Position numbers and translations under genes: made by a program. 64,000 nt of DNA from positions 14,053 to 78,052 of the forward strand of contig JAJYMC010000049.1 in the NCBI GenBank assembly GCA_021787335.1, written 5' to 3'. Origin of the DNA: Bacillota bacterium. GTDB taxonomy: Bacteria > Bacillota > Sulfobacillia > JAJYWN01 > JAJZPE01. Positions 36,972 through 46,509 of this stretch are shown here, piece after piece (positions within the stretch are counted from its first letter, which is position 1; each line of letters begins with the position of its first letter). Below the pieces are notes generated by a model, which did no database searches, was not told where the DNA came from, and was given only the letters and a program-made list of their open reading frames with translations.

Positions 36972-39518
36972 ATGCCGATGCTCGTCTCCTACCAATGGCT
37001 CAACGAACTGGTTCCCGTCGGCGATATCGCCCCCGATGAACTGGCCAGCCGGCTGACCATGGCCGGGGTGACCGTCGAGAAGGTCGTCCCGGCCGACCAG
37101 GGCGTCCGCGGCGTGGTCGTCGGCGAGGTCAAGGCCATCGAGAAGCACCCGCAGGCCGACAAGCTCTGGGTGACCACGGTCGACGTGGCCGCGGCCGACG
37201 GGCGTCCCCTGACCATCGTCACCGGCGCCGACAACCTGACCGTGGGCTGCCGCGTCCCGGTGGCCGTCCACGGCTCGCGGTTGCCGGGCGGGCGCAAGAT
37301 CGAGCGCTCCAAGCTCCGGGGGGTGGCCTCCGAGGGCATGCTGTGCGCCTGGACCGAGCTCATCAAGGGCGAGGGCCATGACGAGGACGAGGGCATCCTC
37401 ATCCTCTGGGCCGACGCGCCCCTGGGCGTGGATGTGGTGCCGCTCCTGGGCCTCGATGACCACGTCCTCGAACTGGACCTGACGGTCAACTACGCCTCGC
37501 ACTGCCAGAGCATGCTCGGGGTGGCCCGCGAGGTCGCCGCCGTCCTGGACCGGCCGTATCAGCCGCCGCGCGTGTACGTCAATCAGGAAGGGGTCAAGCG
37601 GGCCGTCGACCTGGTCAAGATCGAGGTCCCGGACCCGGACCTGTGCCCGGCCTACGCGGCCCGGGTCGTCACCGACATCCGCCTCGGGCCCTCGCCCGAC
37701 TGGCTGCGGCGCCGGCTTCAGCGGGCCGGCATCCGGCCAATCAATAACATCGTCGACATCACCAACTACGTGATGGTCGAATACGGACAGCCGCTCCACG
37801 CCTTCAACTACGACCAGGTGGCCGACAGCCGGGTCATCGTGCGGCGGGCGCGGCCCGGTGAGAAGCTGGTCACCCTCGACGGCGTCGAGCGTGAGCTGGA
37901 CCCGGAGATGCTGTGCATCACCGACCCCGCGAAGGTCCTCGGCCTGGCCGGGGTGATGGGCGGGCTGAACTCGGAGGTCACCGGGGCCACCCGGAACATC
38001 CTCCTCGAGTCGGCTTACTTCACGGGGAGCGGCATCCGCCGGACGTCGCGGGCCCTCGGCCTTCGCTCCGAGGCCTCGGCGCGCTTCGAGAAGGGCCTCG
38101 ACCCCAACGGCAACGTGCCCGCGGTGGACCGCGCGGCCATGCTCATCGAAGAGATGAAGGCCGGCGTGGTCGCCCCGGGCGTGGCCGAGTTCCGAGTCAA
38201 GCCGTTCCTGCCGGTGAACATCCGGCTGCGGCCGGAACGCGTCAACAGCCTGCTCGGGACGAGGCTTTCCGCCGTCGACATGGCCCGTTACCTGAAGCGC
38301 CTCGGCTTCGAGACGGACGGCGTGGCCGACGGCCGGAAACACTTCACCGTGACCGTGCCGACGCGGCGCCCCGACGTGAGCGAGGAGGTCGACCTGGTCG
38401 AGGAGGTCGCCCGGCTCTATGGCTACGATGAGATAGCCACGACCCTGCCGCAGGGGGCGATGACCAGCGGCGGCCAGCCGGTCCTCGAGGACTGGCGGGT
38501 CAGCGCGCGACGCGTCCTGGCCGGGGCCGGGCTCAACGAGATCCTCACCGACTCGCGGCAGACACCCAAGGCCCACGGGGCCTCCCGCTGGCCGGCGCCC
38601 CTTCCGATTTCGCCGGCTGAAGCGGCGGCCATCCCCGGCGGCATCCCCATCGCCAACCCGATGACCGTCGAGGAGAGCGTCCTGCGGTCCTCGCTGGTGC
38701 CGAAGATGCTCGAGGTGATGGCCTACAACACCAACCGCCGCCAGACGGACATCGGCGTGTTCGAGATCAACCGGGTGTACTGGGCCAAGCAGTGGCCCTT
38801 GACCGAGCTGCCCGTGGAGCCCTTGATGCTCTGCATCGGCGCGGTCGGGCGGTTCGCCCCGAAGACCTGGAACCGTCCGGCGGAGGAGGGCGACTTCTTC
38901 TACCTGAAGGGCCTCCTGGAGCGGCTGGCCGACGGCTTGGGCCTGCGGGCCCCGCGCCTCGCCCCGTCGAACCTGGAGACGTTGCACCCAGCCCGCCAGG
39001 CGGCCATCGTGGCCGACCTGGGAGGGGAGAGCGGAAAGAACGAGAACGGCGGCAAGAACGCTGCCGGAGCGCCCGCCGTCAGCAGCGATGCCGACATGAC
39101 GCCCATCGGTTGGCTCGGCGAGGTTCACCCGGCCGTGGCCAAGGCGTATGAACTGCCCGGCCGTCCGCTCATCCTGGAGCTGAACTTCGAACGGTTCGTG
39201 ACCCTCTCCGAGCCGCGGACATACAGGGCGCTGCCGCCGTTCCCACAGGTCGAGCGCGACCTGGCCCTGGTCGTCGGGGATGACGTCCCGGCCGAAAAGG
39301 TGGCCGAGGCCATCACGGCGGCCGGCGGCAAGCTTCTGCGGTCGGTCCGGCTGTTCGACCGCTACGCCGGCGCCCCGGTGCCCGTGGGCCAGGTCAGCCT
39401 GGCCTACTCGCTGGTCTACCAGGCCGACCGGACCCTCACCGACACCGAGGTCAACGCGGCCCACGAGAAGATCCTCGCCGCGCTGGAGAAGAAGTTCGGG
39501 GCCAAGCTGCGCGGCTGA
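36972..39518 (+). CDS. pheT: Phenylalanine--tRNA ligase beta subunit
   Basis: HPQADKL, RPINNIVDITNYVM.E.GQPLHAF, DLVEEVARLYGYD, C-terminal FDX-ACB. Confidence 0.97.
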   Translation: MPMLVSYQWLNELVPVGDIAPDELASRLTMAGVTVEKVVPADQGVRGVVVGEVKAIEKHPQADKLWVTTVDVAAADGRPLTIVTGADNLTVGCRVPVAVHGSRLPGGRKIERSKLRGVASEGMLCAWTELIKGEGHDEDEGILILWADAPLGVDVVPLLGLDDHVLELDLTVNYASHCQSMLGVAREVAAVLDRPYQPPRVYVNQEGVKRAVDLVKIEVPDPDLCPAYAARVVTDIRLGPSPDWLRRRLQRAGIRPINNIVDITNYVMVEYGQPLHAFNYDQVADSRVIVRRARPGEKLVTLDGVERELDPEMLCITDPAKVLGLAGVMGGLNSEVTGATRNILLESAYFTGSGIRRTSRALGLRSEASARFEKGLDPNGNVPAVDRAAMLIEEMKAGVVAPGVAEFRVKPFLPVNIRLRPERVNSLLGTRLSAVDMARYLKRLGFETDGVADGRKHFTVTVPTRRPDVSEEVDLVEEVARLYGYDEIATTLPQGAMTSGGQPVLEDWRVSARRVLAGAGLNEILTDSRQTPKAHGASRWPAPLPISPAEAAAIPGGIPIANPMTVEESVLRSSLVPKMLEVMAYNTNRRQTDIGVFEINRVYWAKQWPLTELPVEPLMLCIGAVGRFAPKTWNRPAEEGDFFYLKGLLERLADGLGLRAPRLAPSNLETLHPARQAAIVADLGGESGKNENGGKNAAGAPAVSSDADMTPIGWLGEVHPAVAKAYELPGRPLILELNFERFVTLSEPRTYRALPPFPQVERDLALVVGDDVPAEKVAEAITAAGGKLLRSVRLFDRYAGAPVPVGQVSLAYSLVYQADRTLTDTEVNAAHEKILAALEKKFGAKLRG

Positions 39519-39559
39519 GCCTACGCGGCACCCTGGGTAGCCCTTGGGCCATCCGAAGG

Positions 39560-39609
39560 CCTCGCCCGTCGCGACACCTCGCCCGTCACGACACACCTCG
39601 CCCGTCACG
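39560..39609 (+). repeat. Three copies of CCTCGCCCGTC(R)CG abutting a -35 box
   Basis: Cores at 39560, 39577, 39596; TTGACA at 39612. Confidence 0.85.
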
Positions 39610-39611
39610 GC

Positions 39612-39919
39612 TTGACAGGACGCGCCGCCCCAGGATAGAATGCCAATGGAGCTTTGACATCGCCCGCAAGGGCGACCGACTGAAAGGAAGACCAACCATG
39701 GCGCCCAGTCCGTGCCTGATGCAGAAAGGGTTTCGAGGCTAAAGGGGTCAGTCTACCCTTTTGCCGCGGAAGCCAGTTGCATCGCACGGGAGTTGGGCGA
39801 CAGGTATCCAGGCCACAAGACCACGGACATCACCTGTCCGTGGCCTTCATGCGTCGCAGGCCCACCTCCCATGAAAGGACCCGGCCGAACCGGGTCCATC
39901 GAGCGGGGAGGTTTTTCTT
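39612..39919 (+). promoter_or_regulatory. SigA promoter and long structured leader of the ABC-F gene
   Basis: TTGACA-18-TAGAAT; uORF; ACCTCCC (39864-70) complementary to RBS GGGAGGT (39906-12). Confidence 0.7.
39698..39742 (+). CDS. Putative 14-aa leader peptide MAPSPCLMQKGFRG
   Basis: AAAGGA RBS, ATG, TAA; within ABC-F leader. Confidence 0.5.
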   Translation: MAPSPCLMQKGFRG

Positions 39920-41866
39920 ATGTCCATCCTGACCATCAACAATGTCAGCAAATACTACGGGGCCCAGCGAGTCCTCGATAACGTCAGCTTCGCCATCGCC
40001 CGTGGCGAGCGGGTCGGCCTGGTCGGCCGGAACGGGGTGGGGAAGACCACCCTCCTGCGCCTGATCATGGGCCAGGAGGAGCCGGACGGCGGCCAGATCA
40101 CCCTGGCCCACGGCACGCGCCTCGGCTATCTCGAACAGGAGGCCACCTTTGACCCCGAGCGGTCGCTGGCGGCCGAGGTCGGGCGGGTCTTCGACCCGCT
40201 CCGAGCCAAGGAGGCCGAGCTGCGTGCGGCCGAGGCGGAGATGGCCAGCCCCGAGGTGACCGCCGATCCGGCCCGCCTGGAGAAGGTCATGGCCCGCTAC
40301 ACGCGGCTGACCCACGAGTTCGAGGCGGCCGGCGGCTACGATTACGAGGCCGAGGTCAAGGCGACCCTGGGCGGCCTGGGCTTCGCGCCCGACGAAGGCG
40401 CCCTGCCCATGAAGGCCCTCTCGGGCGGCCAGAAGACCCGGGCCTTCCTGGCCCGCATGCTCCTGGGCCGGCCCGACGTGATGCTCCTCGACGAGCCCAC
40501 CAACCACCTGGACATCCAGGCGGCCGAGTGGCTCGAGGAGTACCTGGCCGACTTCCCGGGGTGCATCCTCATCGTCTCCCACGACCGCTATTTCCTGGAC
40601 GCCGTGGCCCAGAAGATAATCGAACTCGATGACAGCGGCGCCCGCCTTTACAGCGGCAACTTCAGTTCGTACGTGACCCAGCGTGAGGAGCGGCGGCGCC
40701 GCCAGGCCGAGGAGTTCCGGCGGCAGCAGGAAGAGATCTCCGACCTCAAAGCCTACATCCGTAAGTACAAGGCTGGCAACCGCGCGACCATGGCCAAGAG
40801 CCGCGAGAAGTGGCTGGCCCGCATCGAACCGGTGGGGCGGCCACGCACCCCGGTCTCCTTCAGGCTTCACTTCAGCGCCGGAGAGGCCGGCGGCCGCGAG
40901 GTCCTCCGTCTGCGCGGGCTGGCCAAGGCCTACCCGGGCCGCGAGCTCTTCCACGACGTCGAGGCCACGGTGATGCGCGGCGACCGGGTCTGCCTCATCG
41001 GCAAGAACGGTTGCGGCAAGACCACCCTCCTGAAGATCGCCCTCGGCCTGGTCGAGCCGGACCTGGGCAAGGCCACCTTCGGGGGCGGGGTCGAGGTCGG
41101 CTACTTCTCCCAGGACATCGACGACCTCAACGACGAGAAGACCATCCTCGACGAGATCATGGACGCCAGCGGCATGCTGCCCGCCGAAGCCCGCAACTAC
41201 CTGGGCCGCTTCCTCTTCCGCGGGGACGACGTGAACAAGGTCGTCGGGACCCTCAGCGGGGGTGAGCGAAGCCGCCTCTATCTGGCCAAGCTGGTCATGG
41301 GCGAGGCCAACACGCTGCTCCTCGACGAGCCCACCAACCACCTGGACCTGGAATCCAAGGAGGCCCTCGAAGAGGCCCTCAAGGACTACGGGGGGACGGT
41401 CATCGTCGTCAGCCACGACCGCTATTTCATCGACCGGTTGGCCACCCGCGTCTTCGAGTTCGCGAACGGCCGGATCCATCAGTACCGCGGCAACTACTCG
41501 GCCTACCGGATGGAGAAGATCAGGCAGGCTCAGGCGACGCTGGGCGGGGCGGCCCAGGCGGCGGCCCCGGGCAGGTCGGCCCCAGGGAAGTCGGCCCGGG
41601 CCGGTGCTGCCGCGCCCGGCTCCCGGAATCGGGCCCCGGCCCGCGGCGGCGCGAACAGAAGCCGCGACCGCCAGGAGAAGGACCTCGAACTGGCCATCCT
41701 GGCCCTGGAGAAAGAAAAGGAGTCGCTGGAGAAGGCCATCAGCGCCCCGGACTTCTATCGCCGGGACGGCGCCCAGGTCCGCGAGACCATGCACCGCTAT
41801 GAACAGCTCATGGTCGAGCTGGACGAGGCCTACCGGCGGTGGAGCGAGTTAGCGGGGGGCGAGTAG
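39920..41866 (+). CDS. ABC-F family ATP-binding protein
   Basis: Two ABC domains (GRNGVGKT, GKNGCGKT; LSGG; LDEPTNHLD; SHDRYF), no TM segments, C-terminal coiled coil. Confidence 0.95.
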   Translation: MSILTINNVSKYYGAQRVLDNVSFAIARGERVGLVGRNGVGKTTLLRLIMGQEEPDGGQITLAHGTRLGYLEQEATFDPERSLAAEVGRVFDPLRAKEAELRAAEAEMASPEVTADPARLEKVMARYTRLTHEFEAAGGYDYEAEVKATLGGLGFAPDEGALPMKALSGGQKTRAFLARMLLGRPDVMLLDEPTNHLDIQAAEWLEEYLADFPGCILIVSHDRYFLDAVAQKIIELDDSGARLYSGNFSSYVTQREERRRRQAEEFRRQQEEISDLKAYIRKYKAGNRATMAKSREKWLARIEPVGRPRTPVSFRLHFSAGEAGGREVLRLRGLAKAYPGRELFHDVEATVMRGDRVCLIGKNGCGKTTLLKIALGLVEPDLGKATFGGGVEVGYFSQDIDDLNDEKTILDEIMDASGMLPAEARNYLGRFLFRGDDVNKVVGTLSGGERSRLYLAKLVMGEANTLLLDEPTNHLDLESKEALEEALKDYGGTVIVVSHDRYFIDRLATRVFEFANGRIHQYRGNYSAYRMEKIRQAQATLGGAAQAAAPGRSAPGKSARAGAAAPGSRNRAPARGGANRSRDRQEKDLELAILALEKEKESLEKAISAPDFYRRDGAQVRETMHRYEQLMVELDEAYRRWSELAGGE

Positions 41867-42043
41867 GAGGCCTTGGAATTAAGTGCGCTAGTCAACCCAG
41901 CACCCACATGGGGCTGGGCTTTTCTTTGCCTTCCCAGTCAACATGCCTTGTAGACTGCCGGAGCATCTTATGGGGAGGGGAGGATTCCTACCCTTGGATG
42001 CTGAAAGGAAACCGGGACAGGTTGGAGGTGGATACGCACATCC

Positions 42044-45000
42044 ATGGCGACTACGTTCGCGTCCGTCACATCTGAGCTAATTGAGGCTCTGAATGACGAA
42101 ATCCGTGCCATCAAAGAAAAGGGTGGCACGGAACAGGTGGGACTACATGATGGTGAGGCGAGAGGGTCCCTTGCCGGGCGGGTTCTGTATACTTTCCTTG
42201 CCGACTCTGAGCTCAACCTGCCTTCTGACACTCCGGGGCAGCTAAAGGTCGGAAACTCGGTCTATGACGTTGAGGTTGTGAGCATAGCAGGCTTTGAGAT
42301 CACGGTGGCGGTCACCGAAGACCTTGGCTCCCGAATACCCAATGCGGCGCTGCTCTTATCCCCGTATTACCTTCTTGAAATGCTCAAAACACGTCTCGCA
42401 GAGGTCAAAGAGGGTAGAATCACGACGGATCGAGTAATGCCCTTGAGGCTCTTCGGATACGTGGGCAATGAGCCGCTAAACGGGGCAGTTGTCTCCGACA
42501 GGTGCGGCGACCTAAACCTAGTGCAGAGGCAGGCTGTGGCTAAGTGCTTAGCCCAAAGGGTTACATTCGTCTGGGGACCACCTGGAACGGGAAAGACCAG
42601 GACCATTGGAGCTCTGTCCCGCGAGCTGGTAGGGCTCGGGGAGAGGATGCTAGTAACGTCCCACACGAACGTGGCGGTTGACACGGCTCTTCTTAAGGTT
42701 ATTGATGCCATGACCGAAAGTCAGATCCTAGAAGGCACCGTTGTCCGCATAGGCCAGCCCGCCCTCGGAGATCCCCGCCTACAAGCCGTCACATTGGAGG
42801 TGGTCTCAGACCGTAAGAGTGAGCCACTTAGGCAAGAGAGGGCCCGCGTCGTGGCTCAACGCGAGCCTCTCCTGGGAGAACGGCGGGACCTTGAAGCGAA
42901 GGCGCGGTGGGTGGAAGGAATCCAGGAGCAGGTAGATGAGATTGAGAAGCTCAAAGCACAAGTCGAGGAATCGTCCAGAGCAATAGGGGAGCTCGACTCA
43001 GACGTCCAGTCAGTTGAATCTATCATAGGGGACCTGGAGGAGCGATTGACGGCCGCCGAGGCCGCTAGCTTCATCAAGAGGCTCCTTAACGGTCTATACC
43101 CGGAGCGTATCCGGAGGACGATAGAGGTTAGGCGCAGTCAGCTTGCCGACACCAAGGCGAGGAGAGCTAAGGCGGAATCGGCAAAGGTGCAGATGCTCGT
43201 CAATCTCGAGGTGGCGAACCAGAGACTCCTGCAGTTGAATGCTCATAGACCCTCAAATGGCCCGATATCACCTCTCGCTGAACTAAGGAATCAGATTGGA
43301 CGCCTTAATGAGAGCATCGGAGAACTAGACAGGCAGGTCGCAGGGATTGACAAACAGATAGCTGAAATCGTCCTGACGGTGATCCGGGAAGCCAAAGCGA
43401 TAGGAGCGACGCTCTATAGGCTAGTGCTACTGGAGGACCTCTACAAGTCGCTCTACGATACTGTAGTCGTCGACGAAGCGAGTGCAGTACCCCTCCCTAA
43501 CCTTTGGTTCGCAAGCGCTCTTGCCACCAAGCGAGTTGTTGTCACTGGGGACTTCAGGCAGTTAGGGACAATAGTGACGGCGGATGACCCCTCCGCCTAC
43601 CCTAATGCCTCCAAATGGCTGATTCCTGACGTCTTCCAGCAAGCCGGTATAGTCAGAGACGCCACGGTGGAGATCAAGGATACACGTCTTTCAGTCCTAA
43701 GGCAGCAGTATAGGATGCACCCAGACATCGGGGAGTTGGCTAACCTCCTAGTCTATCGTGCCGACGGCAATCCTCTCGACCATGTGGCCAGACCCGAAGA
43801 CTATGAATCCGCTACCCAATCCGACCCGGAGCCGGGGGCCCCCTTGGTGCTCTGCGATGTTTCTGAAGTCAACCCGTGGTGTGCTCGATTGTCACCGGGC
43901 TACAGTAGGTACAACATATATACCGCCTTGGTTGCGACCAAGTTAGCCGAAAAGGCGCTTCTAGGAGGGGCAGACCAAGTGGGCCTAGCGGCCCCCTACC
44001 GAGCCCAAGTGAAACTCCTTCAACGGCTAGTTGAGGAGCAAGGACTCGACCGGCATCGCATCGAGGTTGCTACCGTTCACAGGTTTCAGGGTAACGAGAG
44101 AAGCGTAATGATTTTCGACCTCGTTGATAGTCCCCCGTTTGACATAGGGAAACTGCTTAAGGGCGGTAGGGGTTCGGGGGCGATGAGGCTTCTCAACGTG
44201 GCTTGCACAAGGGCCAAGGGGAAGCTTGTCCTCGTGGCCCACTACGGTCACCTTACGGAGAAGCTGCCGGGGGAGGCTTCCCTGCGTACCACCCTGGAGT
44301 ACGTCAGTCGTAAGGGGCGCATTGTCGAAGGGTCTGGCGCATTACGCGACTACGGAGACCCTGCGGTCCCTCGGGCGATAAAGCTGGCCAAGCAGATGCC
44401 AGATGCGACCCTGGCAGGAATGGCCCACTACAACGAGTCGACATTCTACCCAGCTTTCCAGACAGACCTTATAAACGCGCAGAAGCAAGTCGTGCTCTTC
44501 AGCCCATTCATTTGGGAGCAACGCCTAGCGGATCTCATGCCTACGATACGGCATGTCCTTGACAGAGGTGTTGAAGTAATCCTACTAACCAGACAGCTTA
44601 AGAACTCGACCCTCTCGTCTCAGCTATCCGAAATAGGCGTTAGAGTCATCTGGAGGAGCGAACTACACGAGAAGTTGGCCTTCATAGACGGCAGGATAGC
44701 TTGGTTTGGTAGCCTCAATATCCTGTCGCAGAGCAAGTCCACTGAGCAGATGCTCCGCTTCTCTCAACAGGGAATCGTATCACACCTTCTTGAGGTATCG
44801 GGAGTCGTAGCTCTCATCTCGAGAGAGGACAGGAAAGCCCAGCAGCAAGCCAGGTTAACGGCGCTCGCGGCGGCCATATCGAGGCACATGGAGACTCCGA
44901 GATGTCCCGAGTGCGGCGCAAAGACGGAACTGCGAACCAGTAAGTACGGCCCATTCTTCGGGTGCATCAACTTCGGGACTACCGAGTGCAAAGGCATAGT

Positions 45001-45154
45001 CAACGTTCCGCAGAAGGCCCTAGAGTTAGCTGTGGAAGACCTCAAGCTGGAGTGCCCCCATCATGGCAGAACAGTGGTACTGAAGCGGGGAAGAAACGGA
45101 CTTTTCTTGGGATGCAACAGATACCCCGACTGCAAGTGGACGAGTAACCTCTAG
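42044..45154 (+). CDS. SF1 (Upf1-like) helicase with coiled-coil insert, PLD-family nuclease domain and two topoisomerase-type Zn ribbons
   Basis: GPPGTGKT, VVDEAS, GDFRQL, QYRMHP, TVHRFQG, LNVACTRAK; HEKLAFIDGRIAWFGSLN; CPEC..FFGC..C and CPHH..FLGCNRYPDC. Confidence 0.88.
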   Translation: MATTFASVTSELIEALNDEIRAIKEKGGTEQVGLHDGEARGSLAGRVLYTFLADSELNLPSDTPGQLKVGNSVYDVEVVSIAGFEITVAVTEDLGSRIPNAALLLSPYYLLEMLKTRLAEVKEGRITTDRVMPLRLFGYVGNEPLNGAVVSDRCGDLNLVQRQAVAKCLAQRVTFVWGPPGTGKTRTIGALSRELVGLGERMLVTSHTNVAVDTALLKVIDAMTESQILEGTVVRIGQPALGDPRLQAVTLEVVSDRKSEPLRQERARVVAQREPLLGERRDLEAKARWVEGIQEQVDEIEKLKAQVEESSRAIGELDSDVQSVESIIGDLEERLTAAEAASFIKRLLNGLYPERIRRTIEVRRSQLADTKARRAKAESAKVQMLVNLEVANQRLLQLNAHRPSNGPISPLAELRNQIGRLNESIGELDRQVAGIDKQIAEIVLTVIREAKAIGATLYRLVLLEDLYKSLYDTVVVDEASAVPLPNLWFASALATKRVVVTGDFRQLGTIVTADDPSAYPNASKWLIPDVFQQAGIVRDATVEIKDTRLSVLRQQYRMHPDIGELANLLVYRADGNPLDHVARPEDYESATQSDPEPGAPLVLCDVSEVNPWCARLSPGYSRYNIYTALVATKLAEKALLGGADQVGLAAPYRAQVKLLQRLVEEQGLDRHRIEVATVHRFQGNERSVMIFDLVDSPPFDIGKLLKGGRGSGAMRLLNVACTRAKGKLVLVAHYGHLTEKLPGEASLRTTLEYVSRKGRIVEGSGALRDYGDPAVPRAIKLAKQMPDATLAGMAHYNESTFYPAFQTDLINAQKQVVLFSPFIWEQRLADLMPTIRHVLDRGVEVILLTRQLKNSTLSSQLSEIGVRVIWRSELHEKLAFIDGRIAWFGSLNILSQSKSTEQMLRFSQQGIVSHLLEVSGVVALISREDRKAQQQARLTALAAAISRHMETPRCPECGAKTELRTSKYGPFFGCINFGTTECKGIVNVPQKALELAVEDLKLECPHHGRTVVLKRGRNGLFLGCNRYPDCKWTSNL

Positions 45155-45326
45155 TTCCCTTTGCTTAGAAACGGACCGCGGCACCGGTGTGCCCCGCCGG
45201 CGCCTTCTTCGTTTCACCTGAAGGAATCCCGGCCGGTCCCGGGGAATCGAAGGATGGCCCGGTGGCGCCTGGCCCCCGGGGCCTGGCCAGACTGGTCCCA
45301 GACATGCCTCAGGAGGTGCCCTTCTC

Positions 45327-46019
45327 TTGCTGACCACGGACGACCTGCAGGTCTTCACGGACCACGTCAGACGGACGATGTTCGAGTGCGCCGTCACCCT
45401 GGACCGGCCCCAGGCGGCTGAGTTCTGGCCGCTCTCGACGCCGGAGTATCGCTTCCAGCACACCCTTCACGTCAGGCGGTTCGTCGAGCGCCTTCAGGCC
45501 GAGGAGGGCGGCGACCTGGAACTGCTCCAGACGTCGGCTATCTTCCACGACATCTCCCATTTCAGCACGACCTACGACCAGCACGGACGGGTCTCGGCCG
45601 AGATGGCCCGGGACTACCTGACCTCCCACCGCAGCTCCACGGGGGAGCCGTTCCCGGCGGACTTCATCGACCGGGTCTTCCTGACCATCGACGACCACGC
45701 CTCGGACAAGCCGTCCAGCTACTACCTTGACGAGGTCCCCCTCGAGTCGATGCTCCTCATCGAGGCCGACCTCCTCGACAAGCTGGGGCCGAACGGGGCC
45801 TTCGCCCATCTGCTCCTATCCGGCGCCAACCACCGCCTCTGGCAGGCCGCCCTGGCGACCATCGAAAGGGACGTCATCGGGCGCGGCGAGCGGGCACTGG
45901 GGAACGACGGTAAGCGGTTCCACCTGACCCCGGTCGCGCGGCGGATGATCGAGGAACGCCTGGCCTGGACCAAGCATTTCCTGGCCGAGGTCCGGGAGGA
46001 CGTCGCCTGCTTGTTCTAG
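45327..46019 (+). CDS. HD domain-containing protein
   Basis: R..HT..V, FHDI, DH, EAD.LDK.G; AGGAGG RBS. Confidence 0.8.
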   Translation: MLTTDDLQVFTDHVRRTMFECAVTLDRPQAAEFWPLSTPEYRFQHTLHVRRFVERLQAEEGGDLELLQTSAIFHDISHFSTTYDQHGRVSAEMARDYLTSHRSSTGEPFPADFIDRVFLTIDDHASDKPSSYYLDEVPLESMLLIEADLLDKLGPNGAFAHLLLSGANHRLWQAALATIERDVIGRGERALGNDGKRFHLTPVARRMIEERLAWTKHFLAEVREDVACLF

Positions 46020-46112
46020 CCGCGGGGCGCGGGCCGACGCAAGGAGGATTCTCCCATTCCCGGGCCGAAGAATAGAACGACCGCTCACTTTGCCCTAGGA
46101 GGCCTCGACCGC

Positions 46113-46409
46113 ATGAGTGGGGAGCCTGTCGACGATCAGAACAGGGTCGTGGTGAACATCTTCGGGGAAGAATACCCCATCAGGGGCGCGGGCCGGCCGG
46201 AGTACATCCAAGAGGTCGCGGCCGCCGTCGACCGGAAGATGCGCCAGGTTTCCGAGGCCCACCCGCGGCTGTCGATGAGCCGGGTGGCCGTGATGGCTGC
46301 CCTGCTGCTCGCCGACGACCTTTTCAAGCTGCGGGAGCAGCACGAGCACCTGACCCAGATATACGAACAGGAATGGGAGCGACGAAAGGACCGCAAGCCA
46401 GACGATTGA
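46113..46409 (+). CDS. zapA: Cell division protein ZapA
   Basis: V.V.IFGEEY.I.G, VA..VD.KM, AVMAAL..AD. Confidence 0.9.
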   Translation: MSGEPVDDQNRVVVNIFGEEYPIRGAGRPEYIQEVAAAVDRKMRQVSEAHPRLSMSRVAVMAALLLADDLFKLREQHEHLTQIYEQEWERRKDRKPDD

Positions 46410-46509
46410 CGGACTGGAGCCGGCGGGAGACGAAGGTCGCCCGCCGTTTCCTTTCGGGCCCGGTTGTTCGGCCCTGCGTCTCGACCCGCCCGCTCACGGG
46501 GGTGATCAA

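Noticed and set aside
35694..39695. 1333-aa minus-strand ORF, and similar long antisense ORFs (99..1823, 39830..41794, 46324..48318, 49343..51298, 53776..55521)
   Set aside because: Antisense shadows of GC3-rich real genes; no recognisable motifs.
39650..39810. Leader as c-di-GMP-I riboswitch or 6S RNA (contains AGCCAGTTGC; rod-like)
   Set aside because: Lacks the GCAAA/GAAA tetraloop core of c-di-GMP-I and a 6S-like central bubble; uORF-attenuator reading fits better, pending an Rfam scan.
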